NCBI RefSeq assembly: GCF_039654945.1
Contig: NW_027361751.1
Location: 8,742,001 to 8,806,000 of the forward strand
Direction: 5' to 3'
From: Dendrobates tinctorius
Taxonomy: Eukaryota
DNA length: 64,000 bases
This document shows, one piece after another, positions 9,916 through 23,470 of this stretch (the stretch's first letter is position 1; every line of letters begins with the position of its first letter). The translations under genes and the position numbers were made by a program. The notes below the pieces were generated by a model, which made no database searches, was not told the DNA's origin, and saw only the letters and a program-made list of their open reading frames with translations.

Positions 9916-12297
9916 TTATTTCATTGTGTACTTTGCAATTAGCAGCTGTTAATAGGATCTTTTAGGCTTTCAGGCTTCATTTACTTTCCAAGATTTTCCA
10001 CCCACATTATACAAATAGATGAATGCAGTCAGCTTTTAGCTCTATTCTATAATTACCCCAAATGTATTTTTACAGCCGTAAGACCTCCTATTTTTTAATC
10101 AGCTTTTGTTAAATGCTTATTAAAAAAAAGCATTTTATTGTAGGCATAACTGGAGGCATTATTTATTATTTTAGATTGGTATTATGCATTTTTCTCTAGC
10201 TGTTTTGAAAACTTTAGGAGTCAATAGATCAAATTTTTGTGATTTTCACTCCAGTGTCAAGCAACTCTAACCATAATGGGTAGAGAAGGAGCCTGTTGGT
10301 ACAGGGCGTGGCTACATATGCCACAAAATTCATGGAAAGTGGCAGAATTTCTTACACCAGAAATGTGAATCCATTCGTTGACTTGAGTAACATTTCTAGC
10401 AAGGCACAAGCCACTGATAAGTGCCGAGAAGCATCATAAGGGCTCGCTCACACTGGTGCAACACATGGTAGAGTGCTATCATGAATGGGGATTCTGCTCT
10501 TCTAGCACTTAGGGGCTCTGTATATTGAGTCTGCAAACTATTCTAGGAAAATCTGTGCTCCAGGAATCAAATAGGGCTCCGTCCCTCCTGAGTCTTGCTG
10601 TGTGGTTAAGCAGTACTGTACAGCCACATATAGCGTATTTCTATATTCAGCAGCAATTGTGATACAAATTTTGTACAATTTTTGCCCATTTCACAATGTG
10701 AAAATGTAAAATCTGGGGATAAAACAAAATTTTGGTGGTAAAAATGTAATAATTTTTTTCTTCTAGTGTCAATATGATCACTGCACCCCTAGATGAATTC
10801 CTTGAGAGGTGTAGTTTTAAAAATGGGATCTCTTATGAGGGTTCTACTGATCTGGCACCTCAGCAAAATCTGAACTCTTGTAAGGGACTTCTTCTCTTCT
10901 GAGCTTTGCACTGTGCCTCAAAGGTAGTTTTAAACCACATATGGGGTATCAGCGTACTCAGGAGAAATTGCACAATACATTTTGGGGTCCATTTTTATCC
11001 TTGTGAAAATGAAAAAAAAATTGGGGCTAAAACAACATTTAAAGCGCTGCGGAATATGTTGGCGCCATATAAAGATTATTATTTTTGTGTGAAAAATATA
11101 TTTTTTTTCATTTTCACAGTTCAACGTTGTAAAATTCTGTGAAGCGACTCTTGGTTCATGGTGCTCACCACACATCTAGATAAATTCCTTGAGGTGTCTA
11201 GTTTCCAAAATGGAGTCACTTGTGCGGGTTTTATACTGTTTAGGCACATCAGGGGCTCTGCAAATGTGACAAGACACTTGCAAACCATTCCATCAAATTC
11301 TGCATTCCAAAACGTCACTCTTTGTTTTCTGAGCCCTGCCGTGTGCCCAAACAGTAGTTTACCCTCATATATGAGGTATCAGCGTGGTCAGGAGAAATTG
11401 CACAACAAATTATGGGTTCCATTTTCTTCTGTTACCCTTGTGAAAATAAAAAATATGGTGTTAAAAGAACATTTTTGTGGGAAAATGTGATTTATTTTTA
11501 ATTTTTACAGCTTTACGTTACAAACTTCTTTGAAGCAACTGGGGTTTCAAGGTACCCACCACATCTACCATCTAGATACAATCCTTGAGAGGTCAGTTGT
11601 GGGAGATTTTCATTGTTTCAGGGGCTCTACAAGTGCAACATGGCATCTGCTACTTATTCTAGCAAATTTTGCATTCAAATGGCGCACCTTCCCTTCCAAG
11701 ACCTGCTCTGTGCCTAAACAGTAGTTTACCCCCACATATGGGGTGTCTACCTACTCAGGAGACATTGCACAATGAATTGTATGGTAAAATTTCTACTGAT
11801 ACCCTTATGAAAATACAAAATGTGGGGGTAAAAAACTTATTTGTGGGAAAAATTAGATTTCATTATTTCATGGCTCAACGTTATAAATTTCTGTGAAGCA
11901 TCCGGGGGTTCAAGGTGCTCACCACACATCTAGATAAGTTCCCTGAGAGATATAGTTTTCAAAATAGTGTCATCTGTGGGCGGTTTCCACTGTTTAGGCA
12001 CATCAAATACGACAGGGTATCCGTTAATTATTCCAGCAAATTTTACATTCAAAATGTCAAATGGCACTCCTGCATTTCCGAGCTCTGACGTATATGCAAA
12101 CAGTGGTTTTCCCTTACATCTTGGGTACCGGTATGCTCAGGAGAAGTTGCGCAACAAAGTTTGAAGTCCATTTCTTCCTGTTGCCTCTGCAAAAATAAAA
12201 AAATTGAGCATAAAATAAAATTTTTCTGAAAAAAGTTAAATGTTTATTTTTTTCCTATCACATTCCATTAATTTTTGTGAATCACCTGAAGGGTTAA

Positions 12298-12614
12298 GAA
12301 TATTCAGGATTGAGAGTCCTCAGTAGTTGATACCTTTTAATGGCTAACTGAAAAGATGGTAACACATTGCAAGATTTCGAGACTACTCAGGTCTCTTCAT
12401 CAGGCTAGCCTAGCCTTCATCAGTCTAAATTTAGGCTAGACTGATGAAGGCTAGGCTAGCCTGATGAAGAGACCTGAGTAGTCTCGAAAGCTTGCAATGT
12501 GTTACCATCTTTTCAGTTAGCCATTAAAAGGTATCAACTACTGAGGACTCTCAATCCTGAATATTTTTCTATCCACTGGCTAACACGGTGCAAAGATATA
12601 CATCTTTCCTGTAT
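12298..12614 (+). mobile_element. Penelope-like fold-back insert with hammerhead cores
   Basis: 12-bp TSD CTGAAGGGTTAA (12286-12297 and 12615-12626). 129-bp inverted arms (12299-12427 and 12437-12565) plus a ~49-nt unique tail. Confidence 0.8.
12461..12497 (+). ncRNA. Hammerhead ribozyme core (stem I mostly missing)
   Basis: CUGAUGA-A-GAGAC(cugagua)GUCUC-GAAA-GCUU. A mirror copy lies on the - strand at 12367-12403 with one substitution. Confidence 0.6.
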
Positions 12615-14749
12615 CTGAAGGGTTAATAAACTTCTTGAATGTGGTATTGAACATCTTGAGGGGTGCAGTTTTTAGAATGGTTCACTTTGGTGTATTTTCT
12701 GTCATTTAGGCCCCTCAAAGTCACTTCAAATATGATGTGGTTCCTAAAAAAGATGGTTTTATAAATTTTGTTGGAAAAATGAGAAATCGCTGGTCACCTT
12801 TTAACCCTTCTAGCAAAAAAAATTATGTTACAAAAATTGTGCTGATGTATATGTGGGAAATGTTATTTATTAACTATTTTGTGTGACATATCTCTGATTT
12901 AACGGCATAAAAAATAAAAGTTTGACAATTGAAAAATTTTAACAATTTTTGCCAAATTTCCGTTAATTAATATTTTCATAAATAAACGCAAGTCATATAG
13001 AATAAATTGTACAACTATCATGAAGTACAATATGTCACAAAATAGTCTCAGAATCGGTGGGAGTGTTGCAGAGTTAGTACCTCATAGAGTGACACTGGTC
13101 AGAATTGTTTGGCCTGGTCATGAAGGTAAAAATAGGCTTGGGGTGAAGGGTTAAAATGTACTTTGTTTGTGGGAAAACTCCTTTAATGAATTTCACACAT
13201 CTTATTCCTACAAGTCCTTCATTAATACTGGTGTGTGAAACATACTAGCATATGTTGCTTGCATACAGTCACTATTGCACCACTGCACACAATCACTAAA
13301 AGGTAGGGTCAGACCCCTCTAAATTTTTTACTCTGTTTCATTTCAACCATTTGGTAAATTCAAAAAAGTTTATTTTTTTCTCATTAATGTACACTCTAAA
13401 CACCATCTTGACTGAAAAAAACAGAAATGTAGAAATTCACAGAGTTATTCTGAAGTCACTCCTTTGTTATTTAAGCTGTGCGCTTAGGGCCATTGTCTTG
13501 TTGGAAGGTGAACCTTCGGCCAAGTCTGAGGTCCAGCGCACTCTGGAAGAGGTTTTCATGCAGGATATCTCTGTACTTGGCCGCATTCATGTTTCCTTCA
13601 ATTGCAACCAGTCATCCTGTCCCTGCAGTTGAAAAACACCCCCATAGCATGATGCTGCCACCACCATGTTTCACTGTTGGGATTATTTTGGGTAGTGATG
13701 AGCAGTGCCTGGTTTTCTCCACACATACAAAGGAGCATTATCACCAAAAAGATCTATCTTTGTCTCATCAGACCAGAGAATTTTATTTCTCATAGTCTGG
13801 GAGTCCTTCATGTGTTTTTTTAGCAAACTCTTTGTGGGCTTTCATATGTTTTGCACTGAGGAGAGGCTTCCGTTGGGCCTTTATGGTGGAGGCTGGAACT
13901 TTCTCCCATTTCCCTACTGCATCTGTGGAGCTCAGCCACAGTGATCTTGGGGTTCTTCTTTACCTCTCTCACCAAGGCTCTTCTCCCACGATTGCTCAGT
14001 TTGGCTGGACAGCCAGGTCTAGGAAGACTTCTTGTGGTCCCAAACTTCTTTCATTTAAAGATTTTGGAAGCCACTGTGCTATCAGGAACCTTGAGTACTG
14101 CAGAAATTATTTTGTAACCTTGGCCAGATGTGTGCCTTGCCACAATTCTGTCTCTGAGCTCCTTGGCCAGTTCCTTTGACCTCATGATTCTCATTTGGTC
14201 TGACATGCACTGTGAGCAGGCCCAGATTGGTAATATGCCCAACCGAGCATTTTCCCGCTGGGCCACTGTCATGTGGGCCTTTGGCGGCAGTGCCCGCTCA
14301 TCTGGCCGCTTGGCAGCTGATGCGGCCACTGGCCTGGCTGTTCTTCCTGCCACCGGCCCTCTGCGGGCACGGTGGTTATAGTTTCCAACCCTCCTGGTAT
14401 TTTTGTATCCCGCACTGCAGGGAGATAAGCCCCCACGCACCCCATCCTCGCCCTAGCATGAGACCTCCCCCAGCCACTCACAGCGTCGCTTGGCTGCTCT
14501 CTTCTCTGTACACAGGACCTGTGATGAGGTCACAGGAGGGGAGGAGTCAGGGGGTCACATGATCAGGGGCCTTTGTCCAGACCCCTGATCACGTGACCCC
14601 TGACTCCGCCCCTCCTGTGACCTCATCACAGGTCCTGTGCGCACATCCCTGCCTCTTGGTATCTGCAGGAGTCTGCTGTGCTAGTTGTCATGGTGCTGGA
14701 TGAGGGAAGTATGTGTGGGTTCAGGAGGGGTTTACAGGGTAGGTGTAGC

Positions 14750-15150
14750 AGAGCTGTGTGTGTACGAGGTGTACGGAGCAGAGCCGTGTGTACGAGGTGT
14801 ACGGAGCGGGGCCGTCTGTGTACGAGGTGTACGGAGCGGAGCCGCATGTGTACAAGGTGTACGGAGCGGACCGCGTGTGTATGAGATGTACAGAGCCACA
14901 TGTGTATGAGGTGTACGGAGCCATGTGTGTATGAGGTGTATGGAGTGGAGCCGTGTACGAGGTGTAAGGAGCGGAGCCGCGCGTGTACGAGGTGTACGGA
15001 GCGGAGCCGTGTGCGTACGAGGTGTACGAAGTGGAGTCGTGTGTGTACTTGGTGTACGGAGCGGAGCCACGTGTGTATGGGGTATGCGGAGCCGTGTGTG
15101 TACGGAGTGGAGCCATGTGTACGGGATGTACAGAGCGGAGCCAAGTGTGT
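14750..15150. repeat. ~27-31-bp GC-rich minisatellite
   Basis: Unit approximately GTGTACGAGGTGTACGGAGCGGAGCCGT. Explains the many overlapping repetitive ORFs here. Confidence 0.9.
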
Positions 15151-15467
15151 ACGAAGCATACAAAGCCGGCTTTTCCCACGGACACAGGAGTACACGGCGG
15201 AGCCCCGACGAGCATTTTAAAACTCGCACATGACGTTCCACCGGAAGTGATGTGCTGGAAGCTGACCAGAAATGAGATAATTTCATGAGGTTGTGACGGA
15301 ACTAGGAATGCTTCAGATCCATCACCATGTCCTCCGACAGCGCAGACAGCAGGATCGCCTTGGAATCGGGGATGCCGGCCATGTGAGCGAATCATGATAT
15401 GTCCTGCACTGGGAGGCTCAGGTGGGCACTACAATGGGAGCCGGGCTGCTATAGTATCTTTATAGAA

Positions 15468-15768
15468 TCTTTCTTTATTTCTCTGTTTCTTTCTTTCTCT
15501 GTTCTTTCTTTCTCATTCTCTGTTCTGTCTTTCCCTTTTTCTTTCTCTCTCTCTCTGTTCTTTCTCTCTCTAATCTTTTTTTTTTCTTTCTCTCTGTTTT
15601 CTTTCCCCTTTCTTTCTTTTTCTTTCCTCTTTCTTTCTCTCTGTTCTTTCTTTCTTTACTTCTTTTATTCGCTCTGTTCTTTCTATCCCCTTTCTTTCTG
15701 TTCTTTCTTCCTTCTCTCTGTTCTTTCTTTCTCTCTCGCTCTCCTTTCTTTCTGTTTTCTCTCTTCCT
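15468..15768. repeat. Polypyrimidine (CT/CTT) low-complexity tract
   Basis: About 300 bp of almost only C and T on the + strand. Confidence 0.9.
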
Positions 15769-16859
15769 TAGTGCCAGTGTGCCCACAGTACCAGCAAATG
15801 TGCCCATAATGCCATCCACTGTGCCCTCAGTACCAGTCAGTGTGATCAGCAGTGCTAAATGGGTGCAGTTGGGCGTGAACATGGGTGTGACTACTTGCGA
15901 ACTGGATGTGGCCGAGCGTGGCCTAAAATTTTCAGCGGCGCGCTGTGAACCGCAGTGTTTCTCCCTCTTTCCCTTCTTCAAAAGTTGGGAGGTATGATAG
16001 GGGCGGCTATGACCAGGGGTTCTGGTTGCCCAATGGATAGAAGTTCTGACAGTAATTCTGTCAGCATGCGTACCAAAGGAGACAGAGCTTTGGGAGGAGT
16101 AATGTACCTAAAAGCAATAAATAGGACTGAGCTGAAATACTGAGCACAGCTGTGACTACATGTTATATAGTCGTGTTAATTCCTCTCACTTCTTGTAACC
16201 TACAAGTGTACAAAGATATTATAGTCACCATGTGACTAGTAGGCCTGTGTAACTTCAAATGCCAGAGCTGAATTTTAGTCCCAGTCCAGCCCTGACTGTG
16301 AGGTCTTATATAGACAGGTGTGTGCCTTTACAAATCAAGTCCTATCAGTTTAAACACAACTGGACTCCAATGAAGTAGAACCATCTCAAGGAGGATCACA
16401 TGGAAATGGACAGCATGTGACTTAAATATGAGTGTTTGAGCAAAGGGTCTGAATACTTATGACCATGTGATATTTCAGTTTTTCGTTTTTAACAAATTTG
16501 CATAAATGTCTACATTTCTGTTTTTTTCTGTCAAGATAGGGTGCAGAGTGTACATTAATGAGAAAAAAATTAACTTTTTTGAATTTACCAAATGGGTGCA
16601 ATGAAACAAAGTGAAAAATTTAAAGGGGTCTGAATACTTTCAGTACCCACTCTAGTCTTTATTTTTGTCCACAGACCACTCGATCGGAGGAAAAGAATTG
16701 AACATGTGTGCAGCCCCATAGACTATCACAGGTAAGAGTGCTATCCATGAAAAACCATGGATAGCACTAGTCTAACAAAATCAGTCGTGTGCACGAGCCC
16801 TGAGACCTAGCCTTCCATGTTATCGTATACTGTCTGCATACAACACTATTCAACAAACT

Positions 16860-18131
16860 GCCTTCAGTTGCAAAACATTTCAAATTTTGATTCATCAGTC
16901 CAGTCCTGAACACCTGCATGCCAGCTTTAATTTTTTCATGCATAGTAGAGTTGCTTAAATGGAATCTGTCACCCTTTTTTTGCCCTATTAGCTGCCGGCA
17001 TAGTCATCGGGGGCTTATCTACAGCATTCTGTAATGCTGTAGATAAGCCCCCCGATGTAACCTGAAAGAGAAGAAAAGCACGTTATATTATAGTCACGGA
17101 GGTGGGCAGTCCGGTCCGATGGGTGTTGCGGTCCGGTCCGACGCCTCCCTTCTTTATGCGATAACGTCCTCTTCTCCTGTCCTGAAATGGCTCCGGCGCA
17201 TTGCTCTGCACTGTTGAGGGCAGAGCAGAATTCTACAGTGCGCAGGCGCCAGACCTCTCCCGACACCTGCACACTGCAGGACTCTGCTCTGCCCTCAACA
17301 GGGCAGAGCAGTGCGCTTGTGCCGGAGCCATTACAGGACAGGAGAAGAGGACGTCATCGCATGAAGAAGGGAGGCGCCGGACGGAATGGCGACACCAATC
17401 GGACCGGACCGCCCACCTCCGTGAGTATAATATAATGTTTTTCTTCTTTTTCAGGTTACATCGGGGCCTTATCTACAGCATTACAGAATGCTGTAGATAA
17501 TCCCCCGATGTCTATGCCGGCAGCTGAAAGGCCAAAAAAAGGGTGACGGATTCCCTTTAACCTTGTTTCCATGTTAAAGGAATTTTGGGGGGGCCGCGAT
17601 TCTTCCATAAAAAACACTGTATGCCAGACTCAGTAGACGGGAATAGCTGGGTCACGTTGTTTGCTGCCCTTTCTCAGCTGCTGGCCCTTTTGGAAGCCAT
17701 CTGATCTCGAAGGGTAGTAAGCATGATAAGCATGATTCTTCTTCCTCGGCGAGCAAGCGCACGCAGTGTTCATTACTAAATGCTGAGGAGCGTGTAATGA
17801 AAGATTACGTCTTGACACCAGTGCCAGTATCAGGATGTACTTTGTAGGCGGAGTTAGCAAACAATTTGTACGGCTCCAGAAGGATGGTATAAATACCCAA
17901 ATGGTCCTTGGCAGAAAAAAGATTCCCCTTCCCTGATATAGAAGAACTGATGCTGAACTGAAGGCAAGGAGTGCAATGGTCGCATCAAATATTGATCTGA
18001 TTTCTCTTTTGTTTATTTACTTTACATTTTATTACTTGATAAAAATAAACTATCAACGCTTCTATTTTTTAAATCAGTCTTACTTTGCATCCTTTATTTC
18101 TACAACTGCCTAAAACTTTTGCATAGTACTG
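16860..18131. mobile_element. Second Tc1-like remnant
   Basis: Tc1-like motif TTTTGATTCATCAGTCCA. Terminus GCCTAAAACTTTTGCATAGTACTG followed by TA. Confidence 0.55.
16959..17556. mobile_element. Kolobok/T2-type MITE (long palindrome)
   Basis: TTAA TSD (16955-16958 and 17557-17560). Ends (A)TGGAATCTGTCACCC / GGGTGACGGATTCCCT. Same family as 63402-64000. Confidence 0.85.
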
Positions 18132-21100
18132 TATATAGGGTACTATCGATTAATCGAGGAACTCCCAGCATCTCTGTGTTTTGTAATTGCAGCAACAACA
18201 AAAAAAAGACAAAGAAGAAAACAGAGAAAATAAATAAATTTGCGCACAACAATCAGCTTGATGCTTGCAGTGTACCATATCTTTATTATAAAATGATGTC
18301 CTGGTTACAATCTTGTACTTCCACTTGATTTAGTAAAAAAAAAGCCTTTGCGTACCTGCACAGAAAGCTTTTACAAAATAACTTTGGTGACATTATTTAT
18401 TTCATTCCTTAAAATACTACACATTAGAAAAACAGTAGCTCAAACTGGGAATAAACCCACCTGCAGTGTATGCTAATGCTCGTTACTGAAAGAAACCATT
18501 CAGAGTTCAGGTAATACTGGGCCAACCGCATTTATGAAGTAAAAGCTATATACTGATTGGACGCAATGAGCAGAAGGAAAGTTTTACATATATGACTGAG
18601 GAATGTGGTTTCAAAGGGAGTATAAAAATATCTATACAAACACAGCATCATAACAAAATACAGAAGGCAAAATACGCACAAGGGTTAAACACCCAAAGAT
18701 TTTGTTCTGAATTATAGGACTTCCTGAGTCACCTCCGACATACAATATAGTACATCACCTGATTATGTAATACCAGCACTTACAATGGGACATGCATTAT
18801 GTTGGTATATGATGTTTTACCTTTGTCCCAACTGTTTTGTAAGGTATTAATAAGTTATATATGTAACTGTAGGTAACTTTCAAAGTAACCCTGGGCCTAT
18901 ATGGTGACTTTGGTCACGACACAGATTACACAGTCAAAGATTGGTGTCTTGCAAAGTGCCACAACAAGGAAGTTGCAAAAAGTCCAGACTAGATGGTTTT
19001 TTGTTACTTGCTTGTTGCAGTACATTGTGGGTCACATTCCCCTACATTATGCTGGGATGGAACAGCAAGAGTGATTTTTGTCTATGTGGCCTGTGAGGCA
19101 GCCTAAGTTGCCGTGTAGCTCCATCCTAAGGTATCATGTGTGTATATAAGGAATGCGCACCAATTATGGCCATTATATAACTTATATATTGTGTTTTTGA
19201 CTATCTCTACTTTTTGCATCTCTGCAGGCTCTGTCTCTGTTTACTCAGACCTATTGGGTGAATAATAGTCACTATGATGTTTTTCATACAAAGTACACAG
19301 TGACGCGAGGGTTTACTGCTCTCCTGTCTCTATACAGAACATGTGCACAAGTAGTAGCAGTATGGAAAACATTATTCAGCAGAATGTTGCATGTTATGTA
19401 TCAGTACTGAGCTCTGTGGATGTGAATCTAGCACTGAAGTAAAATACATTTGCTGAAACTGCAGAAAAACTGCCTGTGTCAGTTTGCTCTCTTACTGTGC
19501 GGAGTCTCTTACTCATCCTCCACCTTCCCCTCTCTATAGAGTCTAATTTGATGTCTAACCTGGCACCTCATGCCTCTGGCAGTCCATCTTGCTTTGATGG
19601 ATAGGAGCTGTATTGCCACAGTGGATGAGTTTAGGAGGCAGAGGAGAGGAAAAGCAGATTTCTCTGATGATATTAAAAAGTTTACTATATTTGATTGTAC
19701 TATTGATTTATTCTGCATTTAACAACATGAATCAGTCCAGCTGTATGTAATAGTAATGTACACCAAACACTACATCTTTTATTTTCTAAAGTAATGTCAA
19801 AGTATTTAGTAATACAGTTGAATACACCTAGGGCATACAATCCCACTGAATGAAATTTCCAAGTTGCCTAACACTCCTGGTCCCTAAGATATAGCAATTC
19901 TTTAATTTCCATTTTTGGTTATCTTTTCACTGCATGAGTCATCTCCCTCTTCAACTCCTGACCCAGCTGCTCCGCTTCCCCCCCATGGACTTTGCACTGA
20001 TGACTCATATAGAGAAAATTTTCTACATAGAACTTATAAGGATTCAGCTAGTCAGTTTTTAATCAGGTGATGTCATAGACTTGATGGAAAAGAGAAAAAT
20101 TAACTGGGTAGAAAGGCAAAATGATCAATTGTAAGTACACAGTGCTATAATATGATGATTGCAATATATTAAGAGGATAACAATTTTGATGAGAGTGCTT
20201 CTTTAAGATTGTCCAAAAATAGATTAAATATTTGGAGTAAAAGCAAATTCACACGCAAAGACCTCTTTATGACACTCATACTGTATACTACTCTATAGTT
20301 AGAATGTAAACCGTCATTAACCGAACCGAATTCTGCAGTCTACCCTCAAAGCAACAGAGGGAAATCTGATGCGTCTAATGTCATTTTTTTGTGTGCAAAT
20401 CTTCTATGATATAGATGTGTACTGTTATATATATTAAACTTTGGGGCCTTCAGGTTGAAGTCTTATGATAACCTTGTGGTTTTGTAAGAAAAAAAAATAC
20501 TTTTGGTAAAAGTCTTTGGTGTATGTCCATAGCATATTCAAGTTGGACGATAACAAGTTAAGGATTAAAATATTCAGGCAAAGTGAAAATACGTTTAAAT
20601 TAAGATTATTGTTAAATAAAATTCACTGGAATTTCCCACAATGCTTTACTTTAAGGAGTCAACTATATCCCTACATAAAAATGATGTGTCTCTTAATGAG
20701 ACAAGTAAAGTGCAAGATTTTCACTACCTTAGTGCAAAGTGTACCTTAACGAGACTTATATTAAACAGTCAAAAATGATCTTGAAAAAATAATGCCAGCC
20801 TGTACAAGGCAACCATGTGCGGTATTGGATGATATATACATTATGTTCTCTTCCTCCTCACGTAGGAATGGGTTAGGACATGACTAACTAATAACACTAC
20901 ACTTTAATAAGGCATTCTCTTGGTAGTCCGATGCGGGTCCTCAGTATGACTTCGGGAGATAATGAGAAGTCTTTGGACTTCAGTAATTGTCTTGAGCTCC
21001 ACATTTACAGTCCTTTCCACGTTCCGAATGTTGGACTTGTTTTGCTGACGTAACGCTATGCAATTATTACTGAGCAAATCCTATGCCATAATAACCATCT

Positions 21101-21589
21101 ACCCCCCAGCGTCTACAATTTATTAATTGGAGAACATCCCATTGTTTGTCACATAAATCAGCAAAATTTGGCAACAGAAATGTCTGAAAGCAGAGAATTG
21201 TCACTTTTCTTGCCATCTTCTCTACAGGGTATCAGAACCCAAAAACTCTGTTAATAAATAAGTCACTAGAGTCCCTGTAGATATGGAGCACCACATTGAA
21301 GGAGGTCCATGACCAAGGACACTGTAGACACAATAACTATGGAGACAGGTCCACTACACTTGGTTGTCTTTTTTTAAATATTTCAAAAATTTTCAGAAAC
21401 TGTTGAGGTCAAAGCATATGAGACCCTCCAGTGTGATCTTTACAGATATTTGCACAATATGTCAGATCACTTTTGGCTGGATTTCATCTTTACAACTTCC
21501 GTGGAGATTTTCAAGCACCCTTTCCGGTCATGGATAAAGATGTAACATGAGTAAACTCTCAAGTACGATGTGTTATGGTAGGTATGGAT

Positions 21590-21863
21590 AATAATAATAA
21601 TAATCTTTATTTTTATATAGCGCTAACATATTCCGCAGCGCTTTACAGTTTGCACACATTTTCTCATCACTGTCCCCGATGGGGCTCACAATCTAAATTC
21701 CCTATCAGTATGTCTTTGGAGTGTGGGAGGAAACCGGAGTACCCGGAGGAAACCCACGCAAACACGGGGAGAACATACAAACTCCTTGCAGATGTTGTCC
21801 TTGGTGGGATTCGAACCCAGGACCCCAGCGCTGCAAGGCTGCAGCGCTAACCACTGAGCCACC
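21590..21863 (-). mobile_element. tRNA-derived SINE (V-SINE-like core, L2-type tail)
   Basis: A box TGGCTCAGTGG (21851-21861), B box GGTTCGAATCC (21807-21817), core GTTCTCCCCGTGTTTGCGTGGGTTTCCTCCGGG, (TTA)n tail, TSD GTATGGAT. Confidence 0.85.
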
Positions 21864-23470
21864 GTATGGATGATATTTCATAGGACATAGTATAAAAGAT
21901 TGGTGACGACAGTTGTGTTACAACTAGTAATGTTAACCAATATCGAAGTGCTATCAAAGTGCCATAACTATTCCGTATTATATACTATACAGCATAATAC
22001 AACAGAAAATATTAATACCTTCATATGGCACCAAGAGGAAATGTGCTCTGACCTCTAGCATCCAAATACATTTATCTCATAGAGCAAGGGACACTGTATT
22101 AGTCGTCTACCGATGTCAAGAAAGATAAATTATACAATTTGGCTACAACAAGTCTTTAAAACAGACCAAACTGGATTCACTGCAATACAGAAACATTATA
22201 TATAAGAAATAAATATTTCCAAAATAAGCAAGACAAGCAAATCAAATATACAAATAAATCAAAGGCGACAGACATTTGCAATCAACCTGAGGGTTACTTT
22301 GGCACAAACAAAATAGAAAACATAAAAACTGTACATTAGTGCATTGAACATTACCGTAAAATACCTGTGGTTTTCAGTAATTATGAGATCACACATCTGG
22401 TAAATGATTTTGTGTAATAAAGAGAAGCCGGATGATTGTGTCATTGCACTCCGATATGTAATGATTTCCAATGTCAGTCTTCAGCGCAGTGAGGTACAAA
22501 TAAAGCGGATTGGCTATGTGCAGGAAATAGTGTATGTATAAAAAAAATAATAATAAGATACTTGCTAACTAAATCCAGTAACTGGTCTTGTCAGTCATGC
22601 TTCCATGTACAGCATCTGCTGAGACCAATAACTGACTGCAGTGGTCATGTTATAATGTACAGGACATCACAGCCGGATTGGCGCAGCGGCACAGGAGCCA
22701 TGAGAAGTAAAACCACATCCTATGCTTGGGATAGTGCTTCCTTCTGACATTTCTTCCGGATACACATGCATGTTATCCACATGGGACATGTAGCATCAAT
22801 CTACAGGATAGGAGATAAATGTCTGATCAGGGAGGATCCCCACCGACACCAATATGTCATCCTACCTTTCTCCTGTGTGCAGTTGGAGTTTAATCGACTG
22901 CCATGATCTCCCACAATGGCTAATGCCCCATTTATTGCTGCTCCAAGTACAGCTATTTCCCTCATTCTAATGGATTCCCAACAGCAGCAGAGGAAAAGTA
23001 ATACCAGACCACTCCAATTCTGACTGTAGTGAGAAGAAACAGGCAATTGGGACCGAAATTCTAATGATCAATGGAGGTTTCAGAGGTAACACCTACAGCA
23101 ATCAGATATTTTAGAATCATAGAAAGATTTGCATCCTGCATGTCAGAACAAAGCACTATCTCTAATACAGATATTCCAAAAACCATGTCATTACATATTT
23201 TAATTACTCACAATTATTATATGTGATTCCAATGGAAAATGAACATGAGAGATACAAATCTACAGCAATGGTTACCGTTTCTGCCATTAAGGCATATAAA
23301 CCAGGCACCTTTTCTGATTCCTTTTACTGATGGAGGTAAAATTTTAAGGTTTGTCCACTTTAGACAATGATTTTTTTTTTAATTAGAAGGGTCCCTAAAT
23401 CCATATCACAGGTCTCACTATTGGGAACACCTGTTCTCATGGGAATCTATGTATGAACCTGGCACACTGA

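Larger units (their letters stand above)
10483..13150 (-). mobile_element. Truncated piggyBac-like non-autonomous element with ~380-bp satellite units, reverse orientation
   Basis: Ends GGGTGAAGGG-TTAA (TTAA at 13151-13154), the reverse complement of the left end of 49074-52466. Shares the satellite motifs TACTCAGGAGAAATTG and CACCACACATCTAGATAA. Confidence 0.75.
14217..16294. mobile_element. hAT-type non-autonomous element
   Basis: 8-bp TSD ACTGTGAG (14209-14216 and 16295-16302). Imperfect TIRs CAGGCCCAGATTGG / CCAGTCCAGCCCTG. Confidence 0.8.
13309..16651 (-). mobile_element. Degenerate Tc1-like transposon
   Basis: Transposase N-terminus MRSKELAKELRDRIVARHTSGQGYKIISAVLKVP from about 14185 (-). 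Long inverted terminal regions at 13309-13435 and 16510-16651. Interrupted at 14217-16294. Confidence 0.85.
10440..16800. mobile_element. Old Harbinger-type MITE split apart by nested insertions
   Basis: Ends GGGCTCGCTCACAC and GTGTGCACGAGCCC are inverted repeats (12/14 match). Flanked by TAA/TGA. GAGTGCTATC motif is present near both ends. Confidence 0.45.

Noticed and set aside
14626-15395. Many overlapping 100-220 aa ORFs on both strands
   Set aside because: They are translations of a stop-free minisatellite, with no protein-family features.
21800-21863. tRNA gene
   Set aside because: A and B boxes are present but continue into a SINE core and tail with a TSD.
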